A stretch of 64,000 bases of DNA from an uncultured bacterium. GTDB taxonomy: Bacteria > Verrucomicrobiota > Verrucomicrobiia > Verrucomicrobiales > DEV007. The stretch covers positions 256,001 to 320,000 of the forward strand of contig CAXBMO010000003.1 in NCBI GenBank assembly GCA_963977015.1. Reading direction: 5' to 3'. The translations under genes and the position numbers were made by a program. A model generated the notes under the pieces. The model was not told the DNA's origin and ran no database searches. It was given only the letters and a program-made list of their open reading frames with translations. This document shows positions 50,901-58,734 of this stretch, piece after piece (within the stretch, counting starts at the first letter, position 1; each line of letters starts with the position of its first letter).

Positions 50901-53900
50901 CGGTATTCACCAATCCGTTGCCGTCTCCATTATCCACCAAGACCTGAATCGCTTCGCTTTGCGTATGCTGGGCGTCCGCATGATAGGAGGTCACTTCGTA
51001 GGTTCCGGCCGGCAATTCGCCCAAGGTCACTCGAATGATCCCGCTGCTGTTCTTGACAAAATCTTCAGCCAGTTTGGCTAGGTCACTGGTTAAGTTGCTG
51101 TCCCCTCGATCCCTCCAGTCGACACTCCCTGCATCGTTCCCGATCGCGTTTGTGTCTTCGATCGACAACGTGAAGCTCAACCCATTCGCAGTCGTATAGG
51201 CACGGTCAACAAAACCTTCATTCCCGGCAAAATTGGCTCCACCTTCCACGGAAATCGCGCCGTCGGCGGTCCTTCCTCCATCGGCCTGAATATCGATCAG
51301 GATCTGTTGCGCCTGTTCATTTGCGCTCCCGTAGGTAAACACATCGGACACGCTTTGCCCCGTTGCCAGGTGGTCCGTGGCTTCTTGGTCCGGCACGTAG
51401 GTGTAGGAGCCATCCGGACGAATCGTCAATCTTCCGTATTGACCGTCCACGATCGTTTCGCCATCGACGGTGCCTCCGCCATTGGTCCCCAGCGGAGAGC
51501 CGCCACCGGAATATTCAATGGTTACCACGGCAACATCGTCATTGAAATCGGCATCGACATCCGTTCCGCCGTTGGTGGTACCGGTTCCCGTGAGCACATT
51601 GCCTTCGGCGTTTTCGGCGGGCGTCGAGTTGCCATCCCCTCCCGCTTCGGTGGCCTCGTCCGTATCGGCCGTTGCCACGGGAACATCGTTGGTTCCGGTG
51701 ATCGTGATGGTCACCGTCTCGGAATCACTGAGCGGAGCCGCGGCGTCATCGGTCGCGGTGAGGGTATAGGTCAGGACCAAGCTTTGACCTTCGGGCAGGT
51801 AGTCGAACGCTTGTGAACCGCTGTCAAAGGTCCAGTTCAGCGTCTTGGTCGTTTCCGATCCGCTCAACCATTGTCCTGGCGTCGCGGGGTCTACCGAAAA
51901 CATGGCCAGAAGCTCGGCGTCGCTGGGCCGGGAAGGATCAGCAGGATCGTCACCGCTTACCGCAAGCGACACGGCTCCGGTCACGATGTCGGATTGATCC
52001 GGGTCGGTTACCGTCAACGAACCGCTGGTCGAAAGCCCAGCGTTGGTCTCGGTTAGTTCCGCGGAATCGGGTCCGCCGGTAATTTCCGGCGCGTCATTCG
52101 ATCCCTGAACCATGACCGTCAGCGTGGATGCAGACACCGCGTTCACATCCGGAAGGTAAAACAACTGAAGCCCGTTGAGCGGCGTCTCAGCCTTATTCGT
52201 CCCCTCGGTTCCATCAAACCGAATGATCACATCATTGGTCCCGTCCGCGGTAAAGGTGAAATGTGCCGCCGTTGCCGCCAAATTTTCCTCGGACAATCCA
52301 GAAACCCCCGGAGCCGAAAGGCCGGCTGTTCCACGCTGACCGGTATCCACCAGTCCGCTGCCGTCTCCATTATTCACCAAGACCTTGATCGTATCGCTCT
52401 GCTCAAACTGGGGATCCCGATGATAGGAAGTCGCAAGGTAGGTTCCCGCAGGAAGAGTACCGAGCGTCACTTCAATGATGCCATGATTGTTCTTGATGAA
52501 ATCCTCGCCCAAATCCACCGGTGAATCCGCGCTACCATCAGCTCTTCGGTCTCGCCAATCGACGGATCCCGTTCCCGCTGCATCGATCGCGACGGAAAAC
52601 GCCTGGCCGGTTTGAGAGATGAAGGACTGCTCGCTCAAGTTTCCGCTGGTGTTTCGAGCATATCCGTTGATCGAGATCGCGTTGGTCGCCGTTTGTCCGC
52701 CGTTGGGTTCAATATCCAGCAACGCGAATTCCTCGGGCGTTTCGTTGGCGATCCGGTAGGTGAACTCATCCGTGGCAAATTCGTCCTCAGCCAGAGTGTC
52801 CGACGTATTGTCGTCCAGCGTGTAAACATAGGAACCATTCGGTTGAATCGTCAGGAAACCGTACTGCCCGTCCACGACCGTCTCGCCGCTCATCTGGCCG
52901 CCAGAGTTGCCTCCCACCGGCGTGCCACCACCTGAGTACTGTGCGCTAACCACCAGAACGCTGCCGTCGTCCGCGGACGGGTCGTCGTCGGTATCGACAT
53001 CGAAGTCCGTTCCTCCATTCGTCGTTCCGACACCCGTGATCACGTTCCCCTCCGCATTAACTGCGGCGATGCCGTTGGATTCTCCCCCGGCTTCCACCGA
53101 TTCGTCGGTATCGGCATGAGCCTCGGGCGCGTCGTTGGTGCCGTTGATCGTGATCGTGACGGTATGCTCTCCGAAACCGGTATCGTCATCCGTGGCGCGA
53201 ATTGTGTAGGCGAGCATCAGCGATTCCCCATCCGCCAGGTGATCGAATGCTTCGCTGCCGCTGCTGAAATCCCAATCGATCGTGCCAACTCCGCTCGCGT
53301 CGAGCGTTAACGAATCAGATGAGAAGCCGAGCATTCCCTGCAAGGTAGCGTCGGCAATCCCATTGGCATCCCCGGTTACGAGAACCGATTCGACGGTGAG
53401 ATCTTCCGTGTCCAGCACGCCTGCATCCGTGACCGTTAGCGTTCCCGAAGCCGAAATCCCGGCGTCGGTCTCGCTAAGCGTTTCCGCATTCGAATCGCCC
53501 GTCCCCACCGAAATGACCGGCGCTGCATTCGATACGGTGGTGGTTACGGAAACGGTCTGGCTGAAAATGTTTTCCGTCGGAATCGTGGCTCCACCAAACA
53601 ACTGTCCCACTTCGTCGCCCGAAAGCGCGCGGCTCCAGATCCCGATATCGTCCATCAGACCATTGATCGCGTCTGCAGTACTTTTTCCCAAGAGTTGAAG
53701 CACATCGGTATTCGAAAGGCCATTCCCGTGACGATAGGTCTGCGAATGGTTGAGACTACCATCGATGTATTCCGAACTGGTGCCGTTATCGAGGACGTAG
53801 GTGACGTGGTGCCAATTTCCATCGAGCACCGCCCCTCCTCGGTTGTAATTCAGATTCTGGTTGTGATCCCCCGTCACGTCGTCATTGGGAAAGGTATCAA

Positions 53901-56900
53901 CCCGAATGTTTACTTGATCGGTGCTACCGGAGCGATTGATGAACCAAGTGGGCGTGCCGTCACTTCCGCTTTCATTCCCTTTCCGCAAAAAGCGAAACCA
54001 GGATTTATTGATGGCTTGATCATCAACAGGCGCCTCAGCCTTGATCCAGAAAGAAACCGTGAGTTGATCGTCGATCTCACCAAGGGAATCGGAGTGCGGC
54101 ACTTCAATGTAACCCGTTCCCGATCCGGAAACGACTCCCCCGCGTTCAGGATCGTCGATGAACGCAATCCCCGAACCGTGAATGGTACTTCCGTCATTAT
54201 TGTTCGTCGTAGAATCGTTGGCATTCCCTGCGTCGAAACCATAGAGCGCCTGGAGCTGATATCCGAGCGTCTCCGTGACCTGCACATTGACGGTATAGGT
54301 GTTCGAGGAATCGGAACTGGGATCATCATCCGCGTAGGTGTGCCAAAGCTCGAACTCTCCGGTCGTTGCATTGTAGGTGCCATTGGCACCTAGGTCCGCC
54401 AAGTCATAAGTCTTGGTGCCGGAATCGTTGGGATCAGCCCAGTCAACCGCAATCGTGTACCCGTCACCATTGAACTCGGCGTCGAGAATGGTCCCGGACA
54501 GCCTAGTTTGCGTGCCCTCATCCCCGCTGGTGATTTGAACATTGCTGAGTTCTGGAGCGTCGTTCACCGCAACCAGCACGACATCGGAACCATCCACCCC
54601 AAAGTCGTTCACTTGAACCTCGAAAGTGTAGCCGCCTACGGTGACCGTCCCGTTGGAGAACGCTCCAGATATGGTCCCGGTCGACTTGATGATGGTGAAC
54701 TGGTCGCCAGTCGTCACATCATTCGGCAGCGTATAATTCAGGCTCAGCTCTCCGGCCAAGGTGACATCACCATTGACGATCAGGTAGTCGTTCCCGGTGT
54801 CCACCGTTCCCGCATCGCGCGAATTGGCATCATCCGCGCCGAAGAAGTCCACTTCCAAGATCCCGCCGACTTGCAGTTCATAGTTTCCTTCGATGGTCGC
54901 GCTGTCGACCGCATCGTCCGCGCCAATCTGCACAGTGCCGCCCTGTTGAATGACCGTGCCCATGGTTCCCCCATCGAGAATGAGACGGCCAGACTCAACA
55001 ACCACTGATCCGGTGTAGGTATTCTCTCCCCCAAGGGTAAGAACTCCCGAGCCGGTCTTGGTCAACTCCCCAATCCCGCTAAGGACTCCAGAGAAGTCGC
55101 CGCTTTCGATGGCGAGCGTCGTTGCATCATTGTGAACCCCATCGACGCCGCCAAGCTCGATCGTGACATTGTCGCCGCCGATAAGCCCGCCGAGCGTGCT
55201 GTTCCCCTCCACGAATTTCACCGTGATGTCGTTGCTAAATGCGCTTAGGTCGAGCGTTTCTCCACTGTAATCCCCCTCGTTCACAATGAGAGTAACATCC
55301 CGGAGGGTATCGATGGCATCAACCGCATCCTGCAGCGTACCAAAGGCGTTGTTGCCGAAGGTGGCGGTCTGCGTGCCGACGGCCTCCAGGTCGCCGTCCC
55401 CGTTTGTGATGTCGGATTGGTTAGTCCAACTATCGTTGACGTAGACGGCTCGCACCGGATTGGCGATGGCGGCAATATCATCGGGCAACACCAGCGAATT
55501 GTAGAAAACGACGTCGTCGACCCGACCGGTCATCGGACGGTTGCCACTTTCCTGTGCTCCGAGGTTGAGCATCAGGCCTGCGCTGAAATCGGGCCGCAAG
55601 GCATTGGTGTTGGCAGCGACTTCGATTCCGTCTACGTAGGCACGGACCACGCCACGGCCTGTTGTCGGACTGGCATCGGCATCGAAGGTCAGTGCGAGAT
55701 GGTGCCAACCTGCCCCAAGTGCGCCCGTTCTGTAGATCGTTTGCTCCGTTGATTTGAAGGTGACCGCAGTCGTATTGTCATCGAACTCGAAAAACGGATC
55801 GAGGATCCTGTCATACTGCGACTGATTGCCGTCAATGTAGACTGAAGCTGCAACCGTGAAATCCGAGTCTATCCCGATGGTTCCGGCGGGAATGGAGTAC
55901 GTAACCACGTTATTGTTTTCATCGAACTGGGCGGCGAGTTCTCCTGTAACCGTGCTGTCCGCATAGGTGAGGGAGCCCGAAACTGTCGCGTTGCCGCCGA
56001 GGGAACCGGAATTGGCTGTGCCGGTGAGGGAATCGCCTGAGCTGGCCGAATCAGCGTCGAAGGTAAGATTGACCAACGGGTCGGTGACCGCAGGAAGCGC
56101 GATCGCGCTGAACGAGATATTGTCGTAGTAGATCTCGGCAGGAATGGACGAATCGCCTGAACCCGTGTTCCAGAACTCCAGCCTCATGCTGGAAAATTGC
56201 CCCTGTTCAAAGACATTCACGCCGGTAGGCGTTTCCCCCGGCGCGACGATCGTGAGTATGGCTGGATTTTTTGCCGAGGTTCCCGCGTTATTTTCCGTGG
56301 AGATGGAGACATGGGAAAAGGCATTGTCCCCACTATCATCTCCAGGCGCGGCACTTCCGAGACCTCCGTGGCCGACGTTGTGGACCCGCCAAAAGTTTGC
56401 ACCACCACGCGAGTCGCCCGAGCCGCCGTTAACGCCATTCAGCGTTAATCCAAATTTGGCGTTTTTCTCAACGACATACTGGTCGTATTCCGTAACCAAT
56501 TGGTAATCGCCTGGCGTCAAGGCATTGAGAGCGGCGAGGGCCGCACCGGAGTCGTAGGAACTGGCGTTGAAGGTAAGCGTGGCGGTCGAGAATTCGTTGC
56601 CCACTTCGCTCTTCATTCCCCAGACCGTATCGGTCGCGCCGGCGCCGGTGTTGTTAGTTGCGCCCAAAGCTGCCACGGAGTTATCCACGCTGCTGGCACC
56701 GCTACCACCTGATATGAAAAGGCTCGAACCCGGATTATCCTCGAAATCCAGCGTAAAGATGGTCGAGGAGGGATGAACCAATCCGTAAACCGAAACCGCG
56801 TCCAGACCGGAATTGTTTCCCCCACCCTGTCCCACACTGGAAATCCTCAACTCATAGCTTTCCCCATTCGAAAGCCGGAGTGGAGCGGGGAAATCAAAGG

Positions 56901-58212
56901 CTATCTCTCCTGCCGCCGAGGTATTCTCCACAGTCTGGACCAGCATACTACCGGACGAGGTCCCGAAGACTTCAACCGTGAAGTCCATGTCGTTGACTTG
57001 GGTTATGCCGGAATTGCTGAACGCTTGAACGTCCAAAATCGCACGAGTCAGGGTAATGCTCGGCTCGGTCAGCACAATCGGGACCGAAACCTGCCAGGTT
57101 CCCTCGGTGTGGATATTCAAATCCGGAGCAAAATGGCCTTCAGCGCCCACTGTATCATGGAAGCCGTTGAGTTCCTCACTTCCATCATCCACCTCGGTGA
57201 CGGTGAGATCCCCCGGATCCTGAACCCCATTGGTCGTCCACGTGATATTGCTTGCCGTCGTTCCTGAAACCACACGATCGGTGAAATCGGTGGAGAGGAT
57301 CACTTCATCAACCGCAGCCAAGGCGAAATGCTCGCCGTCGAGACTGCCTGGCGCAGCGCCCTCCGCTTGGCTGATCATCGGAACGCGTCGCTCACTGGTC
57401 TCGAAAACCTGATACATGATCGACGCTGAATCTGCGGATTCTTCCAAGCCCATGATGTGCCCCTGCTCGTGCATCAAAACGCTGAGCAAATCGAGACGGT
57501 TATCCGCCGCGGATTCGAACACGGCGATCATCTGGGTGTCGCCTTCGCTCAGCGAAATGTACTCTTCATCGTCCAGTGGCGTTTCATCGAAAAACCAGGT
57601 TCGACCGGCCGCATCAATATCGATCGTGATGATGTTATTCTCTGCCAAGCCGAGATAGTCCCCGGGCAAATCCACCACCTGATAAACCACATTGTTCAGA
57701 GCGAGGGATTGCTCCTCGGTCAACCCCGTCATTCGCCAACGTTCCGCCGCGGCCTCCGCCATCCAATTTACCACATCCGGACTCAACTCTGAACCCTGCG
57801 CTTCATCCGAAAACTGTCCCCATTCATCGACCTCCAACAAACTCTCCCCTATCACCTCCATCGCATTCTCTTCTGCGTCGCTCTCGATCGGAGCTGCGAA
57901 CTCCCCGCTCTCTTCTCCCAACAGGTAAACTTCTGTCTCAAGAACAGACTCCGTCGTGACATCCAGATTATCCTGAGCCACGGGCTGGGATTGGGACGAT
58001 GACTGTTCGCTCTGTGAAACAACATCGGGTGCGTCTTGAGCCGGCTCTGAACCCAATTCCGCATCTGGAGCACTGCCTCCGTCAACGGGCGCAGCCGAGT
58101 AGAGAATCCGTGGTTCAAGGTTTTCGAGAAGCATCTTGCTGCCTGCCGGCTTTTCTGAGCTGGGTTTCTTGCTGCCGATGTGACGATCGAGGGAGGTCGG
58201 TTTCTTTTTCAT
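38962..58212 (-). CDS. Giant LEPR-XLL-type surface/adhesin protein C (6416 aa)
   Basis: Complete ORF in the track. It has LLENLEPRILYSAAP, HEQGHIMGLEE, four LamG-like modules (about 55460-56080, 53600-54260, 48490-49130, 47160-47810), VCBS domains, long beta-helical repeat tracts, and nearly the same C-terminal 400 aa as gene B. Confidence 0.96.
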   Translation of the reverse strand: MKKKPTSLDRHIGSKKPSSEKPAGSKMLLENLEPRILYSAAPVDGGSAPDAELGSEPAQDAPDVVSQSEQSSSQSQPVAQDNLDVTTESVLETEVYLLGEESGEFAAPIESDAEENAMEVIGESLLEVDEWGQFSDEAQGSELSPDVVNWMAEAAAERWRMTGLTEEQSLALNNVVYQVVDLPGDYLGLAENNIITIDIDAAGRTWFFDETPLDDEEYISLSEGDTQMIAVFESAADNRLDLLSVLMHEQGHIMGLEESADSASIMYQVFETSERRVPMISQAEGAAPGSLDGEHFALAAVDEVILSTDFTDRVVSGTTASNITWTTNGVQDPGDLTVTEVDDGSEELNGFHDTVGAEGHFAPDLNIHTEGTWQVSVPIVLTEPSITLTRAILDVQAFSNSGITQVNDMDFTVEVFGTSSGSMLVQTVENTSAAGEIAFDFPAPLRLSNGESYELRISSVGQGGGNNSGLDAVSVYGLVHPSSTIFTLDFEDNPGSSLFISGGSGASSVDNSVAALGATNNTGAGATDTVWGMKSEVGNEFSTATLTFNASSYDSGAALAALNALTPGDYQLVTEYDQYVVEKNAKFGLTLNGVNGGSGDSRGGANFWRVHNVGHGGLGSAAPGDDSGDNAFSHVSISTENNAGTSAKNPAILTIVAPGETPTGVNVFEQGQFSSMRLEFWNTGSGDSSIPAEIYYDNISFSAIALPAVTDPLVNLTFDADSASSGDSLTGTANSGSLGGNATVSGSLTYADSTVTGELAAQFDENNNVVTYSIPAGTIGIDSDFTVAASVYIDGNQSQYDRILDPFFEFDDNTTAVTFKSTEQTIYRTGALGAGWHHLALTFDADASPTTGRGVVRAYVDGIEVAANTNALRPDFSAGLMLNLGAQESGNRPMTGRVDDVVFYNSLVLPDDIAAIANPVRAVYVNDSWTNQSDITNGDGDLEAVGTQTATFGNNAFGTLQDAVDAIDTLRDVTLIVNEGDYSGETLDLSAFSNDITVKFVEGNSTLGGLIGGDNVTIELGGVDGVHNDATTLAIESGDFSGVLSGIGELTKTGSGVLTLGGENTYTGSVVVESGRLILDGGTMGTVIQQGGTVQIGADDAVDSATIEGNYELQVGGILEVDFFGADDANSRDAGTVDTGNDYLIVNGDVTLAGELSLNYTLPNDVTTGDQFTIIKSTGTISGAFSNGTVTVGGYTFEVQVNDFGVDGSDVVLVAVNDAPELSNVQITSGDEGTQTRLSGTILDAEFNGDGYTIAVDWADPNDSGTKTYDLADLGANGTYNATTGEFELWHTYADDDPSSDSSNTYTVNVQVTETLGYQLQALYGFDAGNANDSTTNNNDGSTIHGSGIAFIDDPERGGVVSGSGTGYIEVPHSDSLGEIDDQLTVSFWIKAEAPVDDQAINKSWFRFLRKGNESGSDGTPTWFINRSGSTDQVNIRVDTFPNDDVTGDHNQNLNYNRGGAVLDGNWHHVTYVLDNGTSSEYIDGSLNHSQTYRHGNGLSNTDVLQLLGKSTADAINGLMDDIGIWSRALSGDEVGQLFGGATIPTENIFSQTVSVTTTVSNAAPVISVGTGDSNAETLSETDAGISASGTLTVTDAGVLDTEDLTVESVLVTGDANGIADATLQGMLGFSSDSLTLDASGVGTIDWDFSSGSEAFDHLADGESLMLAYTIRATDDDTGFGEHTVTITINGTNDAPEAHADTDESVEAGGESNGIAAVNAEGNVITGVGTTNGGTDFDVDTDDDPSADDGSVLVVSAQYSGGGTPVGGNSGGQMSGETVVDGQYGFLTIQPNGSYVYTLDDNTSDTLAEDEFATDEFTYRIANETPEEFALLDIEPNGGQTATNAISINGYARNTSGNLSEQSFISQTGQAFSVAIDAAGTGSVDWRDRRADGSADSPVDLGEDFIKNNHGIIEVTLGTLPAGTYLATSYHRDPQFEQSDTIKVLVNNGDGSGLVDTGQRGTAGLSAPGVSGLSEENLAATAAHFTFTADGTNDVIIRFDGTEGTNKAETPLNGLQLFYLPDVNAVSASTLTVMVQGSNDAPEITGGPDSAELTETNAGLSTSGSLTVTDPDQSDIVTGAVSLAVSGDDPADPSRPSDAELLAMFSVDPATPGQWLSGSETTKTLNWTFDSGSQAFDYLPEGQSLVLTYTLTATDDAAAPLSDSETVTITITGTNDVPVATADTDEATEAGGDGNSTPAENAEGNVLTGTGTTNGGTDVDADFNDDVAVVTIEYSGGGSPLGTNGGGTVDGETIVDGQYGRLTIRPDGSYTYVPDQEATDHLATGQSVSDVFTYGSANEQAQQILIDIQADGGRTADGAISVEGGANFAGNEGFVDRAYTTANGLSFTLSIEDTNAIGNDAGSVDWRDRGDSNLTSDLAKLAEDFVKNSSGIIRVTLGELPAGTYEVTSYHADAQHTQSEAIQVLVDNGDGNGLVNTGQTGNANVAFGGVNGLTDADVESTAAQFSFVADGTNDVIILFDGTAASDRETPLSGLLLNFIPTVAPESESTLTITVNGTNDVPQITVETASGDADSAALTEGNGTLSASDTLTVSDPDFTDTVSAEVTGVTVANGQTPVSNGDLEAMLTVAPAAPVNGSATSGQITWTFNSNSERFDHLSDGEVLTLEYTVEANDSQGGVDEHTVTITITGTNDAPVVVDDTAATTEDAAAIDIDVLANDTDADSGDTKTVVELNGSTTLTGLSELGAAVSHTGGGIFSYDATSAAALQALADGETVEDTFTYTMEDSSGEERTATVRITVTGEGAIEIDTRLSMPDTFANRAPGDDGTVDTVSVALNASGDLEIQVNGTLLRTVSATVLGNTPDLDIQGSGDVDAIAIGDLGVGNFANVTINANGGADMVTFSGSSASSFSGLLSVNAETINLNADITATGFTLSATGGTVTQLATATLDSGSGTIEIDADGAVNLAGTVKTTGNLDIDAGTGTISLPGADVSGKIALVTSGDASLENATGIDFATTTIGGDLNATATIGDITNTGGALTVGGMADFNATTVDPGRGGIVNQLPSLANVGGFWDFEGGTPLADKSSNGNDLTQSGTTDQRPVIGAVSASGNGWAPTNLGNSATFNGNDYLDIPASAYTGDDFTFTIAGRSNTGTWRVMLASDDLALLNHSGSLRLRTQSPSDGDDVVSGIYTDNDWYLTTMRYTKATGLIEVFVSTNTGIAGEPVLMETWLATNPIEKFRIGGDGISGIGGFDGWRGELDFIAFHNEALDDSEVQQMFSKFTTGNGNVAAVNLGGDGNTLEVGGALGLTTGSATINSVGAIDFKTSNVSELDVVASGAISNTAGTVTATGLASLIGTSIDLGGTNAVVFGDLLSLTSAGNASVTNNGDLALGASTIGGDLSARANGSITDSGTVAVTGGAQFASTQVDADLELDQLAVSGSIGLNTTGSGGNALIVNTGTIDFSSTDIGGDLDVTATSGNITNEGGTVSVAGMANFQATGGAGDLSALTAVWDFDGSDPLADKYGNGYTLSAAGSSLPTFVTATDSGNGWTPSELADGNVAQFDNSQNVLSIPNSVYSGGSFTFSVAQMRTNPNYGYDTLLGSNRFRYQNVSGNLQGQLTSPGGTFGGSEPLTAGDWYLITLRYDHTDKSLESFVTTKDGTIADGPALTGSASGTDGLSNATDFRIGGDGSSGIGSLDSFEGQLDFASFHDGLLTDEQLEEMLAIFQVGYSHESVIELGGTNTLAVTGEIGVETNGDATVVNATSIDLKSTSSIGGAFTATATTGDVTVNHAVTMGGDYILTGEDVNFTSTVDTGTHTLTITNTGTGEAQGIVSGEGNLVKAGSGTWTLSQDNTYSGDTSVIETGTLEVTQPSALPGTASVSTDATLHLLSDGINDFDNAFSGDGRILVTLSGASGNTSLLGANSGFTGLLELETDGSPTGNKLSGNPGLDASATIRINEGTQLFSSGTIVSKIEVSGSGNTETRGAIRLNGSLSGQITLLGDTILGIQTTNGTISGDIVNGTAGPVTLTIGAPNQGAGNVNITGKIEDGVGMGVVSLEKVGAGTLTLSGDNSYSGTTVIVDGTVVAGSDTGIGSGDLYFGSSDASSPATTTVGALDLSAFSAAVSNLYFFTHSPLHNVVTIGAGKTLTVGDGTTPVDVIFGPNIAGGSTTNVLFTGEGSLDVNGNGSSLFQLGGATGSNYGGATVDMSDLASADIDLGSSGTLRVGFAGNSGGGAASTLILADTSTVTAATISVGAHTGGVAMQRLHLGSIENTLNANTILVGPGDYTGTRSSGTLDFGTSSGSVTIRGAAGGSSRADLQIANGTTGTSGSPTGTVDFLDHGADLLIDDLIIGGRDRGSGGTTATLSFNQGSLDVTSLTMSNRKGSNVSGQVTSILNLEGGTATFGAIAMGLNSSSATSANGGATATINVSGGTVNVTGGISLASATGSVDSVSSGTLNLIGGEVNVGGDITVDAAGIGTQNAVIDLKGATLSLGGNDIGTLANPIGTFTFTSGRLEDVGEFNRAYTQTGGDLQIGGDAATGTMEIAGDLTTSSGDLEVDIIDAITDVLQVDGNATLGGTLTVTGVSPDRDVYLLIDLIDNADTLSGVFTNANVSGAIVDVGGVDYEIVYNGGDGNDVMLVKASPTIVYVNDQWSSLGDGIVVDGDLETTGTAEDAVVGYTAFGSIQAAVNALGSNSGTIIVNGGDYSSDAVDLNATVGNVALQLVNDSENTESTVTIGSLQSGSGDTVVLGQHGTAVHLTVGNSTNSTISGVISGSGSLTKTGSSLLYLTGTSNTYTGGTVIEQGTIRIQADGSLGAVPGAFDGANITLNGGILKNNGPSVDLVANRGVTVTASGGRIDVRGGTTMTINGVISGSGVLEKHDGGELIFTAQNTFDGEILLTNGTLTLDATAGNTLAATNTLSIGRAGGTAFDTELNVNSDQTLAQLNYRFDITGTVIGNTTNIASAATLTTGGFINGIVDSGTHSDSTTTAATLTMTGGKFVVNSGSTDISIGIVDSQFGNERRNYTLDLTGLNEFEATTTGTFYLSPGGRDDADLILAATSTITADAVSLGGWNSTPTMKLGETTFIHADTITLGGNLPSAAGNANGGQSEISFQSGLTAPVLTIRDLAGTGRADLIVGMGGTQNTANTGTLDLTGGTVDALLDEVFLGDATNRAGGIGILTFEAGTLDATSLSVGRTSEVGTDHLGTGTLNQNGGTLTVGTLILADEQAGDATAIYNLAAGRLEATTIDAGDGTAVTFNWTGGTIANLAGSDLSIESDVSISVTGANNQVFDAEASQTITVAGVLSGTGGYTKAGEGTLDLTGANTYDAPTVIAEGTFLLNGSLISGTPGTITVQGDATLGGTGITNATINAAGTVNPGITFGDLATGDLNLGAGSTYTVEIDGITPGDGSGHHDQVAVTGSIDLKLTPNVVLVTNRLAEDQDTIDFLTTNFGANVTTGLFSSFSQAEQDILEAADLVIVSRATNSGDYTNSEAETAFWETLETPTILMSSFLARSSRWDWVDTGGLASNLSAAGNETAVTTSGRSDPLFEGVATPADLYNSNYDAIVSAGVGDGKILATGGSGGHIIAARWNAGDALGADGRVAGGDRIFIGSWTGHNVEILTPEGHLVLQRAVGELLSPTLEVTVTSGPVAGASYVIVDNDGTADAVTGMFRNLAESATVTATGGEKFTISYVGGDGNDVVLFGGVADANVAIDGSGNLVISDIGSDSSDDLTISRVTIDSTEYYEISDSDSSRVFSTTGIERSDIMRPNASTVRVATAKVTGGLIVNAASATPTFAVGSVTIASELTLTGEAVINAQTIVVNENLTASGVTLNAAAAGGSVSMAASAVIDAGSGDIDIDADGAVTLAVLTTTGNLAIDTNTGSITDIGAGFISIGGTADLTTTSGSADIILDQLDVTGSIALNASGTATIVNATGIDLRDSTVGGDLAATATSGDLNIAADVIVTSTTGGMTLNASGNFTFDVRAVLNAAGAVEVNLDPGVADGTGVVVNFLGRIDASAAVINGGQDEDVFRIQPSETTEITVHGHDPTTLPGDALVVLGPNPQLASTGTGKGTYTFPTANPALQPVHFTGIESDNLVPVLLGVSISDSLVHGVGQGPIALFSNIQVTQANLVTSATIQIHGGYQPDEDRLSAIVLPAGLSQRFDRSSGTLTISAGPGGVSAKAMEQALRAVAYSNKDLSDPTPGTRWFVVEVQDGTDRSNALQVSVIQEGKAKPASAVEAEGTPPPTAGTTPAGKEGASGELSNLQSLLNSFGDSGVFAGVRLDEVLDGTSAYQFLNGQLINPDGVVIDPSTIRSGESSVLPSLPPAFSLTPFFAGTSAVGAQIVVTISDGAGGFSYTTTVQADAAGNWSASLSGVTLEDRVYSITIQEVSPIFAMEGGSSSIFRAGSFRGGLIPGLSTEEELTLGDIYGLIIDATIPEDAILQLEQKL
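38972..40225 (-). repeat. Direct repeat, copy 2: 3' end of gene C
   Basis: See 17775..19035. 39089-39344 is identical to 17892-18147. Confidence 0.95.
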
Positions 58213-58230
58213 CTAGGTCGTTGCGATCTT

Positions 58231-58734
58231 TCAATCGCTGGAGTCGGAAAGGGAGGGAGTAAAAAGTCCGGTTTGATTTTCGGACACAAAAAGAGCCTGC
58301 TCGAAGCTGGGATGCGGATGGCAGGCTCTTGGCGGAACCCTGCGGTTCCGAATGAGAGAAAAATTCAAGGAATTGATCGTTCTTCTCCGGCGGCCAAGAT
58401 TCCCTCCAAAAAGCCAAGAGTAATCCCGCAACAATCCGGAGATAAATCGTCCGATCGCATCAGCCCGCCGGAAGGCCTGACTGAAAATCGCCGAAATCAG
58501 CTTTTGCGTGATGCGCAACCGCCCATTCTCAAATTGGGGCAGCCACGAGTAAAAGCAGACCGTTTTCCCGACACCTGACAACATGGTCGTTTTCTCACGC
58601 TCAGGAGGCGCTTCCGAGGTTGCAACTTCCGGCAGGGCAGCCACCGAGTCTTCGTCCACAAAAATGACGCGTTCCGGCTCGCTAACACCGCAAATCACCC
58701 AGGTTGTAAGTTGTATCGAGGAGGTTACCATCAT
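58231..58734 (-). CDS. Leader protein C (167 aa; the Met at 58731 aligns with the paralog starts), unknown family
   Basis: Paralog of the other two leader ORFs. Its stop codon is 18 nt upstream of the gene C ATG. Confidence 0.75.
   Translation of the reverse strand: MMVTSSIQLTTWVICGVSEPERVIFVDEDSVAALPEVATSEAPPEREKTTMLSGVGKTVCFYSWLPQFENGRLRITQKLISAIFSQAFRRADAIGRFISGLLRDYSWLFGGNLGRRRRTINSLNFSLIRNRRVPPRACHPHPSFEQALFVSENQTGLFTPSLSDSSD
58288..58330 (-). terminator. Intrinsic terminator-like hairpin in the leader of gene C (putative attenuator)
   Basis: Minus strand reads AAGAGCCTGC-CATCCGCATCCCAGCTTCGA-GCAGGCTCTT-TTT. The stem is extended on both arms relative to copies A and B. Confidence 0.7.

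Noticed and set aside
313-58118. Hundreds of plus-strand and alternative-frame ORFs overlapping the giant genes (for example 39979..41577, 35339..36664, 26318..27406)
   Set aside because: They are antisense or off-frame shadows of GC-rich, codon-biased giant CDSs. Their translations have no recognisable motifs.
17771-58212. Classifying the giants as classical autotransporters, RTX toxins or PEP-CTERM proteins
   Set aside because: No signal peptide, C-terminal beta-barrel, RTX repeat tract, toxin domain or PEP-CTERM anchor is seen.
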